Below, in pieces: positions 25,134 through 36,463 of a stretch of 58,104 bases of DNA. The translations under genes were made by a program, and so were the position numbers. The notes beneath the pieces were generated by a model. The model did not search any database. It was not told where the DNA came from and saw only the letters and a list, made by a program, of their open reading frames with translations. How positions within the stretch are numbered: position 1 is the first letter of the stretch; every line of letters begins with the position of its first letter. The DNA comes from Octopus bimaculoides (lineage: Eukaryota). Location: contig NC_068981.1 of NCBI RefSeq assembly GCF_001194135.2, positions 98,306,291-98,364,394 of the forward strand. The letters run 5' to 3'.

Positions 25134-25432
25134 CTGTAACCTAGCAAAAAGAACGCCACACTACAGACGATTTTGGTCCTATAAATGACGAAAAGAAAAG
25201 AAAAAAAATTCACAACCAGAACAATTTTTCAAGGACGAATATTACTATTTTTCAGAAAAAACCCTTTAAAGTCCGAAACACGATAGTCACAGAAACGCCT
25301 TGGTTTTCGGCACAGCTTCGTTCTCGACATAAACACTGTTTTGCCATGGGAACGGCTGACTCTTCAAGACAACGCGGAAAACCAAGACTTTTACCTTGAT
25401 TTTCATTGAAATCAGCAATCTAGCGGCAGTAA
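25134..25432 (-). other. Two putative short, probably non-coding exons (25395-25432 and 25134-25178) of an unidentified minus-strand transcript
   Basis: ctttcag|...AAG|gtaaaa, and a long pyrimidine tract-tttatag|...CAG|gtaact. The spliced product has no long ORF. Confidence 0.35.
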
Positions 25433-26977
25433 CTGAAAGCGCACATCTTACACTAAGTCCATTCCAGTACTCAAGTTATTCAATTTATTCAGTTTGCGTA
25501 GGTGCGCACGAACACACATTTCTAGTTTGCCTACTATTTTTAGCAAGTCGAAATACTGCATATAGGCATTTCTTCCCCATCGGCTGTTAGCTGCGGGGAG
25601 GTTTCCCTAAAGAACGAGTGATTTCTGACGTTTTTGATTGTTAGATTTGTTCAAAATACATCAAAAACCACAGGTAAAACATAATGGGTTAATAGTAAAA
25701 ATTTACTGTGCAATCTTAGACCAGTTGTTATTTAATCCCAAATCCATTTTGATTGAGTTGACCCGTAATCAAATGCATTTCAACCACTAACATCCCATCT
25801 TATATTGGGGCATAAATGTATTTAGTACTACTTTATCAAACCTGTTCTCTCCCCACTTATTTTAAGACAGAGTGTGATTTTGAGGAAGATTTGTCGAAAG
25901 ATTACGTTGGCTACTCGTAAGGTCAAGAACTTGATTTGACCAACTGAAACATTAAATATGTAGCGTGAAGTACATATTAATTGCAGAATCTAAACCGTAT
26001 CTCATGGTATCTTAACTTTACATAGCATGAGTTATTTCTCTTTACTTCTGCCGAAATCATTACTTTATGTGTCTGTATACGCGGTAGTTTCCGCAGTTGG
26101 GCGCTAGCGTGACCAAATCTAAAAGAATTTCGCTTCACAATCACGAGTTACTGGGTAAAATATCCTTGCGCGGTAGCCGCCAGCCTGATGGGGAAATGAG
26201 TACATGGAAACTCTGCTAAAGGCTGACTGCTGGATTGTACTTGTAATTCAAAGGATACATTGTTTTACTGTAGCTCTTCCTCAGAATTACATTCCGAGTA
26301 AAATTACCTGGAATACGTAACAACTTGCACTATAATTCAATAAATATGTTGTTCCGAAACCCACGACAGAATCCAAAGCGAGATCCAACGAAGATATTGT
26401 TTGTTTATACTAAATACACACATATTCATATAGATGCTCTCTAAAGAAGGTAAAGAGAAATAACTCAGACAGGAAAAGTTGTTAAAACTGTTATGGAATA
26501 TGTAAACAAACATATCTGAACCTTTGTTTATAAGGCATTTGTCAAAGCATTTAGATATTTTGAAAGGCGTAATATCAGCTTGGTTCGCCCCTTCTCAACT
26601 TTATTTCCTCATAACTTTTTGAAAATGCATATTTTAAAAGGAAATTTTGCGGAGATAGTTTTCGAGAGAGTAATAATGTTGATACAAAAAAGAAAAAAAT
26701 CGAAACAAAAAATATTGAGTTTCGGTTCATTTTTCCATCTTCCCCGATTTTGTTATCATCAGTTTCCGTTAGCACCCAGATTTATATGTTGAAACATCAA
26801 TAAATATTTCGTAATCTAGTCTACATTGTCGAAAACGTATTTCTGCAAAATGTCACTTAAAAATAAACATTTTTATAGGATTATGAGAAAATAAAGTTGT
26901 GGGGCTCCAATATAATCGTGATCCACGCGCTGGAAAAATATATCTCTGCAAAATTTTATTAAAAATTTTCGAAGTTA

Positions 26978-27085
26978 AACATAAACAATGTGAGAGATCG
27001 CTATATGGATCACTTGCATGCTAAAAATAGACGTCTATTTTTAGCATACAAGGGATCTATATAGCGATCTCATATTGTTTATGTT
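26978..27085. repeat. Spacerless near-perfect palindrome (about 54-bp arms)
   Basis: Centre ...CTAAAAATAGAC|GTCTATTTTTAG... at 27032/27033; the arms differ by a few substitutions and a 2-nt indel. Confidence 0.92.
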
Positions 27086-28519
27086 CAAATAAAATTCACG
27101 GTCCTAGGACGTTTTTAAGTATGCTGACCACTAGTTGAAATTGATATTATTTAATAATAATATTAATTTCTACTCTTATTATTTTCAAAGTTACGCAGTA
27201 ACAAAGCCGGAGGCTTCAGTATATAAGTTTATGTCAACTAAATTCCTTGTGTATAAGTAAATTTCTGTGGAACTGCGTTCGGAATCCGATTTCGGTTTTC
27301 AGTGGGATACATATTCTTTTCTACTCTATGCACAAAGCCCGACATTTTTGGAGAGGGGGTCAGTCGATTAGATCGACTCCAATACGCAACTGGTACTTAA
27401 TTTATCGACTCCGAAAGGATGAAAGGCAAAGTCGACCTCGGCGGAATTTGAACTCAGAACATAAAGACAGACGAAATACCGCAAGCATTTCGCCCGGTGT
27501 GCTAACGTTTCTGCCAGCTCGCCGCCCTAGTGGGATTATGTCGTTTATGCCTTTGCAGAAAGCATAAATGTCACAAAAATTGTATTTCTCCCTCATGACT
27601 AAATACATATGTTTGTATTGTGTATTTACAGAAGTGGATGGTAGGACTTAAATCTGTCGCCCGGTTTAACACTATTACTTGGTCTTTGGGTGACTTTTAG
27701 AGAAGTTCATTCTGTTGCAAGCATTAGGGCTAAGTCTAGTTTTAGGGATAAAACCCTGTCTTCCAGCCGCCAACCTCAAAGGCACCGTAAAAATGAAAAA
27801 AAAATTTTAAATGTCATGGACTGCACAATCTCTTCCTGACTATATGGTAATTTTATAATAGTTTAAAATTTTGGCACAAGGCCGGCAATTTTTGTAGGGT
27901 GATGGGGGCTAGTCGATTTCATCAACCCCAGTGCACAAATAATACCTATTTTATTTATTTCTTTATTGCCCACAGGGGGCTAAACGTAGAGTGGACAAAC
28001 AAAGATAAGCAAAGGGATTAAGTCGATTACATCGACTCCAGTGCGTAAGTGGTACTTATTTTATTGACCTCAAAAGTAAGAAAGGCAACATTGACCTCGG
28101 CGGAATTTGAACTCAAAACGTAAGGCCGGAAGAAATACTGCAAGGTATTTTGTCCGGCGTACTCCGATGAATTAAAATCATAAAAGTAACAAAAAGCGAG
28201 AAAAGGTAAACATACGGAGAGAATGGGAAGCGAAATGAAAACCCGGACCGGAAATAAAAGGATTTTCCTCCCTTGCAACTGATTTTGTTTTTATTTCAGT
28301 AAAACAGTGAGAGAGAAACCGTATCAGCATCAAGAGGAAAAGGATGAGGGGGAAACAATATGAGGAAGAAAGTAAGAAACAGAAACGGGGTAGGAGGAAG
28401 AGTAAAAGAAAAGAAAATGCAATAGGAAGAATTTAATTTAATGAGAGAAGTACGATGCAAGAATAGTGGTTTCTAGTAGAAAAAGTAAGGTTAAAAACAG
28501 AAGGTCAAGATTTAACTTC

Positions 28520-29110
28520 CTTTCTCTTTCTTTTTTGTCACGTCTTCCTCTCTACGTTTCACTTATTTTTCTTTCTATCGAGACATATTTTTCAGTAGAT
28601 ATTTCCAAGTCTATTCTTTTTCGCCATCGATTTACCTATCTCATTTTAGACTGCTCTTTTTTTTTTACTCCTGCTATTTTTTCCTCTACATCTCTGCCTC
28701 TCGTGGTGTCTTAAGTCTCTCACTCAGCGTTCTTCTGCCTTCACTCATACTCATCGTTTTCATCTTTACTATTTCTCTGCCTACATCTCTCTCTCTTTCT
28801 CTCTTTACTGCACCGCCAGCTTTGTTCTCTTTCTTTTCATTTTAATTCCTTTCAGTTTTCCCCTTCAAACATACACACGCTCACTTATTCTATCTACATA
28901 TCTTATTCTTCTAATTCTTTCCTTCCTCACCTCTTCATACTCTCTTTCGTTTCTCACTTATCTCCTCACACTCTCCCTTTCTATTCTCTCTCGTTTCCTT
29001 ATACACACTCTCTCCATTCCTCCTCCCTCCCTTATACTTATAGCTTTCATCTCATCCTATTTCTCTCGACCATTCTGCTACTTTTACCTTTTTTTCTTCC
29101 CGTCACCCCA
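28520..29110 (+). repeat. Pyrimidine-rich low-complexity tract
   Basis: Predominantly C/T for about 600 bp, preceded by a purine-rich tract at about 28330-28440. Confidence 0.7.
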
Positions 29111-29619
29111 TTCTTTCACTCAATCCTACATAGCAGCAGCAGCTCCTAATGCTGCAACACTCCAGACTGCCCCTCTCATTAAACGTTATTGCTGTCCTCT
29201 CACTGACGGAGCGGCGGTAGCAGTTATAATAATAATAAAAATATTTCACTGCTGCTTCCTTCGCATTTTTTCTCGATTTTCTACGAGCTTTACCCCCCTC
29301 TGAAGCTCAAAGCCTTCGCGGATACATTAAAAATATTACACTCTCACCGCTATCTTCATCTATATATATTTATACAGACACCGGATAAATTGCCTTTAAC
29401 CATTTCTTTTTCAATGAAGACAATCCTGAACATGACCTCTGCCTAAAAGGTAGGCAATTCCTTCTATTTCTTTGTCCTTGAAGGAGCAACATTTTAATGC
29501 TGACTTAAATAATGGTCGTCTTAGTTGCAGAAGATACTTGCTTTAAAAAATATGGTTGCATTCTATATCGTTTTCTGTAATCTACTTATCTGTATGTCTA
29601 TCAATTTATCAATGTATAA

Positions 29620-30412
29620 GCTCAATATGTTTCTTACATATCTACCAAACTATATAAGTGGCTATTTGTCAGTCACCGTCGGATATCTATCTATCTATCT
29701 ATCTATCTTTCTATCTTGTATAGATATATGTGAATTGATCGTTTCAGCTTTATCTATCTATCTATCCTATCTATCTTTCTATCTATCTAGATACATAGAT
29801 GGATAGATAGAGCTAACTATGTTTGAATAGATCAATCTATCAATCAATGCAAGTCCATGTACCTGTATCTGTGTATATATATATATATATATATACACTG
29901 TATATGTATCCATCTTCATTCGAGCTATCAATGTATGCTTATCTCTTATACACTGTCTCTCTCTCTCTCTCTCTCTCTCTGTGTCTCTCCCCACATACCT
30001 ACAATTTACTGTCGGTAACATTAGAACTGTAGCTACATGTTTACATTTTAAAACGAAGTTAAACATGATATTACAAAGAATAGATATATCAGAGAGAATA
30101 GAAATGTGAAAATAGGTCTCTGAAAATGTAAACAAATTATATATGTATATATGAGAGTACGTGTATGTATGAATATATATGTGCATAGCTGTCTCTGTCT
30201 CTTTATGTATGTGTACCTATGTATGAATATATATATATATATATTGTGTGTGTGTTTATCTATCTCTGTCTCTTTATGTATGTGTATTTATGTATGCTTC
30301 AATATCTATGTGAATTTCTCTCTCTGTCTGTTGGCACTGATCAAAGCACCAATGCATGAAACTTTCGACCCTTGAGTCACTAATTCTGCGATTGTTGTTG
30401 TTGTTATTATTA

Positions 30413-30446
<34 letters not shown>

Positions 30447-30700
30447 CATCATTATTATTATTATAATATAATGTACGCATACGAATGTGTGTATACAAAT
30501 GTATATATGCATGTATGTTCATAAATCTATATCCGTGTGTAGTCAATATAACATGTATGCCTACATATCTCTGTGTATGCACGTATATGTATAAATATAT
30601 ATATGTAAATATATGTGTATATGCAATATATGTACATGTGTGCAAATGTATGTTATGTATGTGACTATGTATGTATTTATGTAACTGTGTATATGTAATA
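29620..30700. repeat. Compound microsatellite cluster: (TATC)n, (TA)n, (TC)n, (TTA)n, (TGTA)n
   Basis: Read directly from the sequence. Many other simple repeats occur window-wide, e.g. (TA)n 1-47 and 39035-39093, (TTA)n 51962-52012, (CA)n 54370-54427. Confidence 0.9.
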
Positions 30701-31614
30701 NNNNNNNNNNNNNNNNNNNNNNNNNNNNNNNNNNNNNNNNNNNNNNNNNNNNNNNNNNNNNNNNNNNNNNNNNNNNNNNNNNNNNNNNNNNNNNNNNNNN
30801 AATGGCGATAGCAGTTTTGTATCTAATGGCGGGAGGTAGTTTCACTACATTTGTATTACAGTATGTATGCACGTGTGTAATGAGAAGTCATTTTGATGAA
30901 AATGTGTGTGATAAAATATCTTCGTTTACGAACCATATATCTTGTGTTGAGGGGAATAGACATGTAAGTCACACGTGGGAGATTCCGCATGGAGCTGCAA
31001 TAAGACATGTGTCTTTGACCGGAGCCTGGCAGGAATTGAGAGTTTCTACAGTGTAGCTCAGAACGAGGCTACTGTATCAAAGCAAGACTAGTGTATCAAA
31101 ACGAAGCTAGACGCCTCATCGATGTAAGTAATATGTATCTCTTCTACATATCTTCTATTAGTGGAGAAATACATGTGGCCGTCAATTGTCACCCGTATTT
31201 CTTAGTGCTCTTTATCATGACTCGTTTGAAACCAGAAGATTATAATATTACCAGGGTCGTAGCCACATCACTTTCTCCCGCTAAAAAAGCAATCAACATG
31301 GTAGTTCAAGGCAACTTAGCCCACAGTTATAGATTTCGTCAATAAATAAAAAGAATGATGGATGTTTAGCTGTGTGGTATAAAGTCTCCCTCGGTTTTAC
31401 TATGGAATCTTTCACCCGTGGAAATAATACAAGAAACAAACTTTAAAAATAACAGCGAGACTTTATTACTCCGCTAAATAATACAGTGGACAAAATAAAC
31501 ACATCACGAATGCTGGTAGATGTATTTATTTCATCCATCATTTGGATAATTCAGCTTTGACTGTCGTCGGTTACATGTACTTCGTCATAACGGCAGGAAA
31601 ATAACATTACTCAC

Positions 31615-31880
31615 CTTCCTGAAAATCGCTCGCCCCTCTCTCATAAATGTTTTGTTTAAACAGTACATAGACAGCGTAGATTAAGATTAATTGTGAGAAT
31701 GTATTACGCACAACATTATTGAATACTCGATTCATATCCCGCGCAATACTTGACCAATCAAAGCACAGGACTCAACCAAAGTTCCAAACTCACATATGTC
31801 AGGCAACCAATCATCACAGATTAACGTGAGGAGCCTATAAAATGCTAGTCGACTCCAATATGCCGTGATAGAAATTGGTC
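31615..31880 (-). promoter_or_regulatory. CCAAT-box cluster with a putative first exon on the minus strand ending at 31615
   Basis: CCAAT at 31754 and 31807, ATTGG at 31874, plus-strand TATAAAA at 31836, minus-strand AAG|GTGAGT donor at 31614. CpG-rich context. Confidence 0.35.
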
Positions 31881-32336
31881 TCGCTACACCACCCTGGGAC
31901 GAGTTGGATTCTCGGGAGAGAAAACCACGAAATACAAACAGTTGAGCAAAATTTACATAAGTGTAACAACTAAAAAATGTACCAAAATGAATACAAGGGA
32001 GGAAAAAATAAGAACAACATTGTCAATAATTAGAGTTCGCAAACACTAAATGGTGCAAGAACATCCAAAAAGGTAAGTTTGTAAAACTGGATAGAAAAAT
32101 TAATTCGAGACAGTTCAGCATGAAAGTTTTTAGAATTCACAAAGTAGTCAAAAATAGTTTGTATGAACATATTTGGCTGGTCAATGGACTTTTCTACCGC
32201 TCTTGGTAACACGAACTGGAGGGTGCAAGAACTGGTGTATGATAAGATGTTGTGTCAGAGGTGTGCGTAGGATGTGTGGATGTAGGTACGAGTTTCATGG
32301 GTGGGGAAGTGGGGCTGCTCTTACTTGGAAGGTGAA

Positions 32337-32850
32337 TCAATAAAAGCCTGCTTCACGCGATCTGTAACAGTCTGATGTTTCCCTTGGACGTCTAAAAATC
32401 ATGAACTTGGGTTTTACTTTTAACACTCGACACAGGCCGGTATAAGACTGCTGCAGTGGTTGCTTGATTACATCATTGCGTATGAAAATATGAGTCCATT
32501 TATAAATATCCGGTGGAACATAAAACCTGATTGATTGTGATTTGGTTACCAATGGGTGTAATTCCATCATGTATTTTCACAATCGATGAACATAATCTAT
32601 TGGATCGTTCGGTTAGTTACAGTTGTATTTGTGACTATTTGATCAGGTAATATGAGAGGAGCGCCATAAATTAATTCCGCCAGTGAAAAACCTAGGACTT
32701 CCTTGATAACCGATCGAAGACCCAATAAAATAATTGGTAATACTTCTGATCAAACATCTGACTCGGGATAAGTGCGTAGAGCTGCTTTCAATTGTCGATG
32801 AAAACACTCTGTCAACCCGTTAGATATGGCGTGATACGCAGTGTCTAGAA
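32337..32850 (-). mobile_element. Ty3/Gypsy integrase remnant
   Basis: TAYHAISNGLTECFHRQLKAALR, LPIILLGLRSVIKE, AELIYGAPL, THIFIRNDVIKQPLQQSYTG. Confidence 0.8.
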
Positions 32851-34707
32851 AATGTGTAAGGAGTATTTTATTGTTCCCATCCACTTATCGTTGCGAACAA
32901 GGAGTTTCGACATTATTTGTAACCAAAAACACATTTCCTGCAAGACTGTTAATTTAGAATGAAATGGCATTTGCCCCTCTGAAACTGTGTCTAGAATTAA
33001 GTTGCTTGTTAGAAAGAGCCTATCTTATCCATCTCAATAAAATGTTACATTAAATTAAATTGATATCTTTTAGCAGCATGGTGCCAGAAATTTAGTGGAA
33101 AGGAACAAGAACTTCACTGATATTGTATTTTACCCATCACGAAAGGACGAAAGATAAATTTGACAACGGCAGAATTTTAACTATTTAACTCAAATTAATA
33201 ACAACTAATACATTGCCTGTTGTCTCTTCTGCGGTATCCAACCACTTTATATTATAGTCTTCATACGATTTCACCAAACATCACCGGACATGATTAAACG
33301 TCTGGTATAAATTGAAATTCACCTTTCACCTCTTCTCTGACAGCTTATCGGAATAAACAACTTTCTAATATATATGAAGTATATATTTTTTCTATTTGTC
33401 GACTTTGGAGGAAGGGGTCAGAGCCCATGACTTTTGCAGGCCTTCCAAGACGGGTGAGGGTGATGCTCTTTTAAATGTTCCGTTTAAATTGTTACCAGTC
33501 AACTACTGCAGGAAAGACACGAGCAGGTTGGAGATTTCAGAAGACTAATGTTCTGGGGATGGTGAATGGGTATAGTGCTTAGTAGAGGGAAAATCTGGTT
33601 GAACACATCAAGTGTTACGAGCGGATTTAGTGGGACGGTGAGGGGCGGCCTCCCACTCACCCTCCTCTGGAATATGTGAATGAGAGGAAGACCATGGAGG
33701 AACTTTTGAATGGCGTAGGGCACAGCATCAGGTTGCAGTAAAATGAATTTTAAATGAACCTCAACACTTAATGAGGTTTTCAATATTGTGTTTTAAGTTC
33801 TCAAAGATACGGTATGGTGTTCTTTTTATTATGCTCATTTTTGTGATTGGGGTTATTATAATCAATGTAGATATTTTACATCTCAGAAAAGTGCTCATAA
33901 ACTACAAATAATAATAATAAAAATTGTTCTAAAAATTGCTTTTTTTTGTGGTGGTGGATTGTCCTCGGGTGGGGGTTGTGTCTTACTGTTTTTTTTTCTT
34001 CTAGGGTATGTTGTTCTACACTCAGGACGTGGGTGCTCGAGTTGTGGAGATATGAGACTAGCCTTCTCCTAGGGTTGCAGACTATTATTAGAGTAGCGAT
34101 AGAAAAGATTTTTCGAATTATGAAGCTGAACTAAAAGACACTTCACCCACATCGACTTCAACAATAAACCAGACAACATTATTGTTGATGTCGATAATAA
34201 ATGTACGGAACGAAGTTCTATCCTTATTAGTGAAATTACAGAAATTATATAATGCATTCTCAATAATTTTCGTAACTGAGTCACAATAAAAAGACGAAGA
34301 CAAGTGAACTTGTAATTTCTCGTGGGCAGTTCTTGTTGACGTAAAGATACAAATTGATAAATCTCAATCAAGAAGAGGTAACAAGTATATATAACAAAAA
34401 AATATATACTTCAAAGTTGTTCTCTCAAAAGATAAACAACACTTTCAGTACTATCCATATTAACTTTATATCATCTCTAGAATCAAAAGTTTTCGAAAAA
34501 CTACACTTTCTGAAGAAATTATACAGACCATGGTTCCCTCTAAATTTTCATCAATCTTATAAATTTCAAAACAATCGTGAAATTTCCACAGATGTTTGTA
34601 GTCAAAAAAAAAAAAAACAACATTAACAATAATATTCAAGACTTGTAGTGCCTAAATTGACGTTATTCTGTTATGAATTTAAGCGTATTATTAACGCTTA
34701 GGCTATA

Positions 34708-34741
34708 GTTGCTAAGGTTACAATCGTCGTTAGCAACCAAT
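34708..34741 (+). promoter_or_regulatory. Two RFX X-box-like motifs plus an overlapping CCAAT box upstream of LRRC43
   Basis: GTTGCTAAGGTTAC (34708-34721), GTCGTTAGCAAC (34726-34737) and CCAAT (34737-34741), about 630 bp upstream of the ATG of a ciliary gene. Confidence 0.5.
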
Positions 34742-35019
34742 GAAAACAACCATTAAGGAAGATGAGGTAAGAGTTGTAGGCGGAGGAAAATATAGGAAGT
34801 AAGAGTGAAAAGTGTTGTCTTGATGGAAAAGCAGAGTAGTATAAAAGTGTAATCTCCCCTCTATTAGTCTCTATCTATCTATCTATCGTGTGATATGTTT
34901 GTGGTGTTTATGTTTATGCGTTCAGCCGGATTTGATCTTGGCCCAGTGAATCTCTTCTAAACTATCCAGCAACAGCTTTCCTCCGAGTTTGGCACTTCAC
35001 TTCTGAGCTCCCCCTCCCA

Positions 35020-35078
<59 letters not shown>

Positions 35079-35367
35079 TTGATTTTATCACTATATGTTG
35101 GTCTCGCTTCTTTCTTTCTCTCCTATTCTGTCCTAGTTTGTCTTTATCTGCTTCCAGATAAACAAAAGTGATCATCGAGTTCAGATCTTTGGATAGCGTA
35201 TCACGACACTCCCATTACTTGCGAGAGTCGAACAAATAATATTCTTTCTATCGATAACAGCAATATTTTAGTTACTTGGCCATTAATGCCAGGAAGCTTC
35301 TATTTAGGGAGCGGACAGTAATAGTCTTAGGGGTTGATTCTAACTATCTCTAAGCCTATCCGTTGAT
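34742..35367 (+). other. Probable LRRC43 5'UTR: leader exon ending 34766, intron 34767-35157, UTR part of next exon 35158-35367
   Basis: GAG|gtaaga donor at 34767; long pyrimidine tract ending cttccag at 35157. The transcription start cannot be determined. Confidence 0.45.
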
Positions 35368-35463
35368 ATGCTAATGTCTAAAAGAATTACGGTAACAGAA
35401 GTTTTTGAGAAAAAACTGCGGCAGCTCGGTCTGAAGGAATTTCCATGTGGCTATGGAAGCTGG
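35368..35463 (+). CDS. LRRC43: LRRC43-like, coding exon 1 (MLMSKRITVTEVFEKKLRQLGLKEFPCGYGSW)
   Basis: Matches the recalled LRRC43 N-terminal motif LRxLCLREFPCGxGSW. Ends TGG|gtgagt, phase 0. The start could be ATG 35368 or 35374. Confidence 0.88.
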
Positions 35464-36381
35464 GTGAGTGAAACGTTTCGCTTTTCGTTTAACATTTATA
35501 CAGATTTGCCGCTAGTACCTGGATGTTACTTATTTTATCAATTCCAGACTTCTGAACTCAAAATCTATAATTAAATACTCACTATCTAGTTTTGAGTATG
35601 AGTTATTCCATTCATTGTCGACTAGACAATCATTGTCGAGTTATTCCCATTGTCGAAAGGCTAGAAAAAAAAAATTAATACATTATACCTCAAATAGATT
35701 ACTTGATGGTTACAACTTAGAATATGTTTTGTAGAAATTACCTAAAAGCTGGTAACATAATTGGCAAATGCATTTAAGAACTTACCAGAGGACAGTTCTT
35801 CAAGGTGATTCCTGTGGTTTTCCACCAGAGAAGGAAAGACAAGATCATAGGAAGGAAAAAAGAAATGACAGTACAAGACTTTTCTCAGGTCTAATCTAAT
35901 TATGTTCCTGTCTCTGAGAGAGGGTTAATGGTAAAATTACCATTAATCCTTTAATACCAGCCAAAGTAGATAAAACTGACTATGGCCCTCCCCACAAAAG
36001 TTGATACATTGTACTGCTAATGTTAGATATTGGAAATCAATATTCATGTGACTGTGGCTTGAAGGTGATTTGGTTGTTATTTCTAGCAGTTGAACAGTTG
36101 CTTAGAGGTTCCTTCACTTTAAAGATAGGATAGTCACAGCTGGAGTACCTTTTGATCTGCTTGATCATAGCAGACCTGCAGCTAAACAACAAAATCAATA
36201 CCATGTAAATAAAGAGTTTAACATAGCTTTTTGCACAAAAGCATAACATCTGAGGGCAAGTAATTAATTGTTCAAGAATTTTTTTTCACTTACAGAAAAA
36301 AAAAATGGGATTAACCAATAATATCTCCTTTTTACATTGTTTATCCCTTGTTATTTCTTTCTATGTATATCTGCTTTAAAG

Positions 36382-36463
36382 AGAGAAAATCCCAATAAGA
36401 AAAGAAATCAACAATGTTCAAAGAAATTTCAAACTTGTCCTTACACTTCAGGCAACAAAAAAG
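36382..36463 (+). CDS. LRRC43: LRRC43-like, coding exon 2 (RENPNKKRNQQCSKKFQTCPYTSGNKK-D)
   Basis: Long pyrimidine tract then ttaaag|AGA, open frame, AAG|gtgagt donor. 82 nt (3n+1) exactly bridges phase-0 exon 1 to phase-1 exon 3. The peptide itself is poorly conserved. Confidence 0.75.

Noticed and set aside
25395-25406. Minus-strand ATG AAA ATC AAG (MKIK), reminiscent of the DCAF13/SOF1 start MKVK
   Set aside because: The sequence does not continue with the expected motif, splicing to the next candidate exon gives a stop, and no WD40 exons were found.
30802-31056. 84-aa ORF starting in an ATGGCG context with an internal gtaagt donor
   Set aside because: No recognisable homology or downstream exon, and it abuts an assembly gap.
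35829-35888. Alternative candidate for LRRC43 exon 2 (RRKDKIIGRKKEMTVQDFSQ)
   Set aside because: 60 nt does not fix the phase 0 to phase 1 junction, and the donor (gtctaa) is weak; 36382-36463 fits better.
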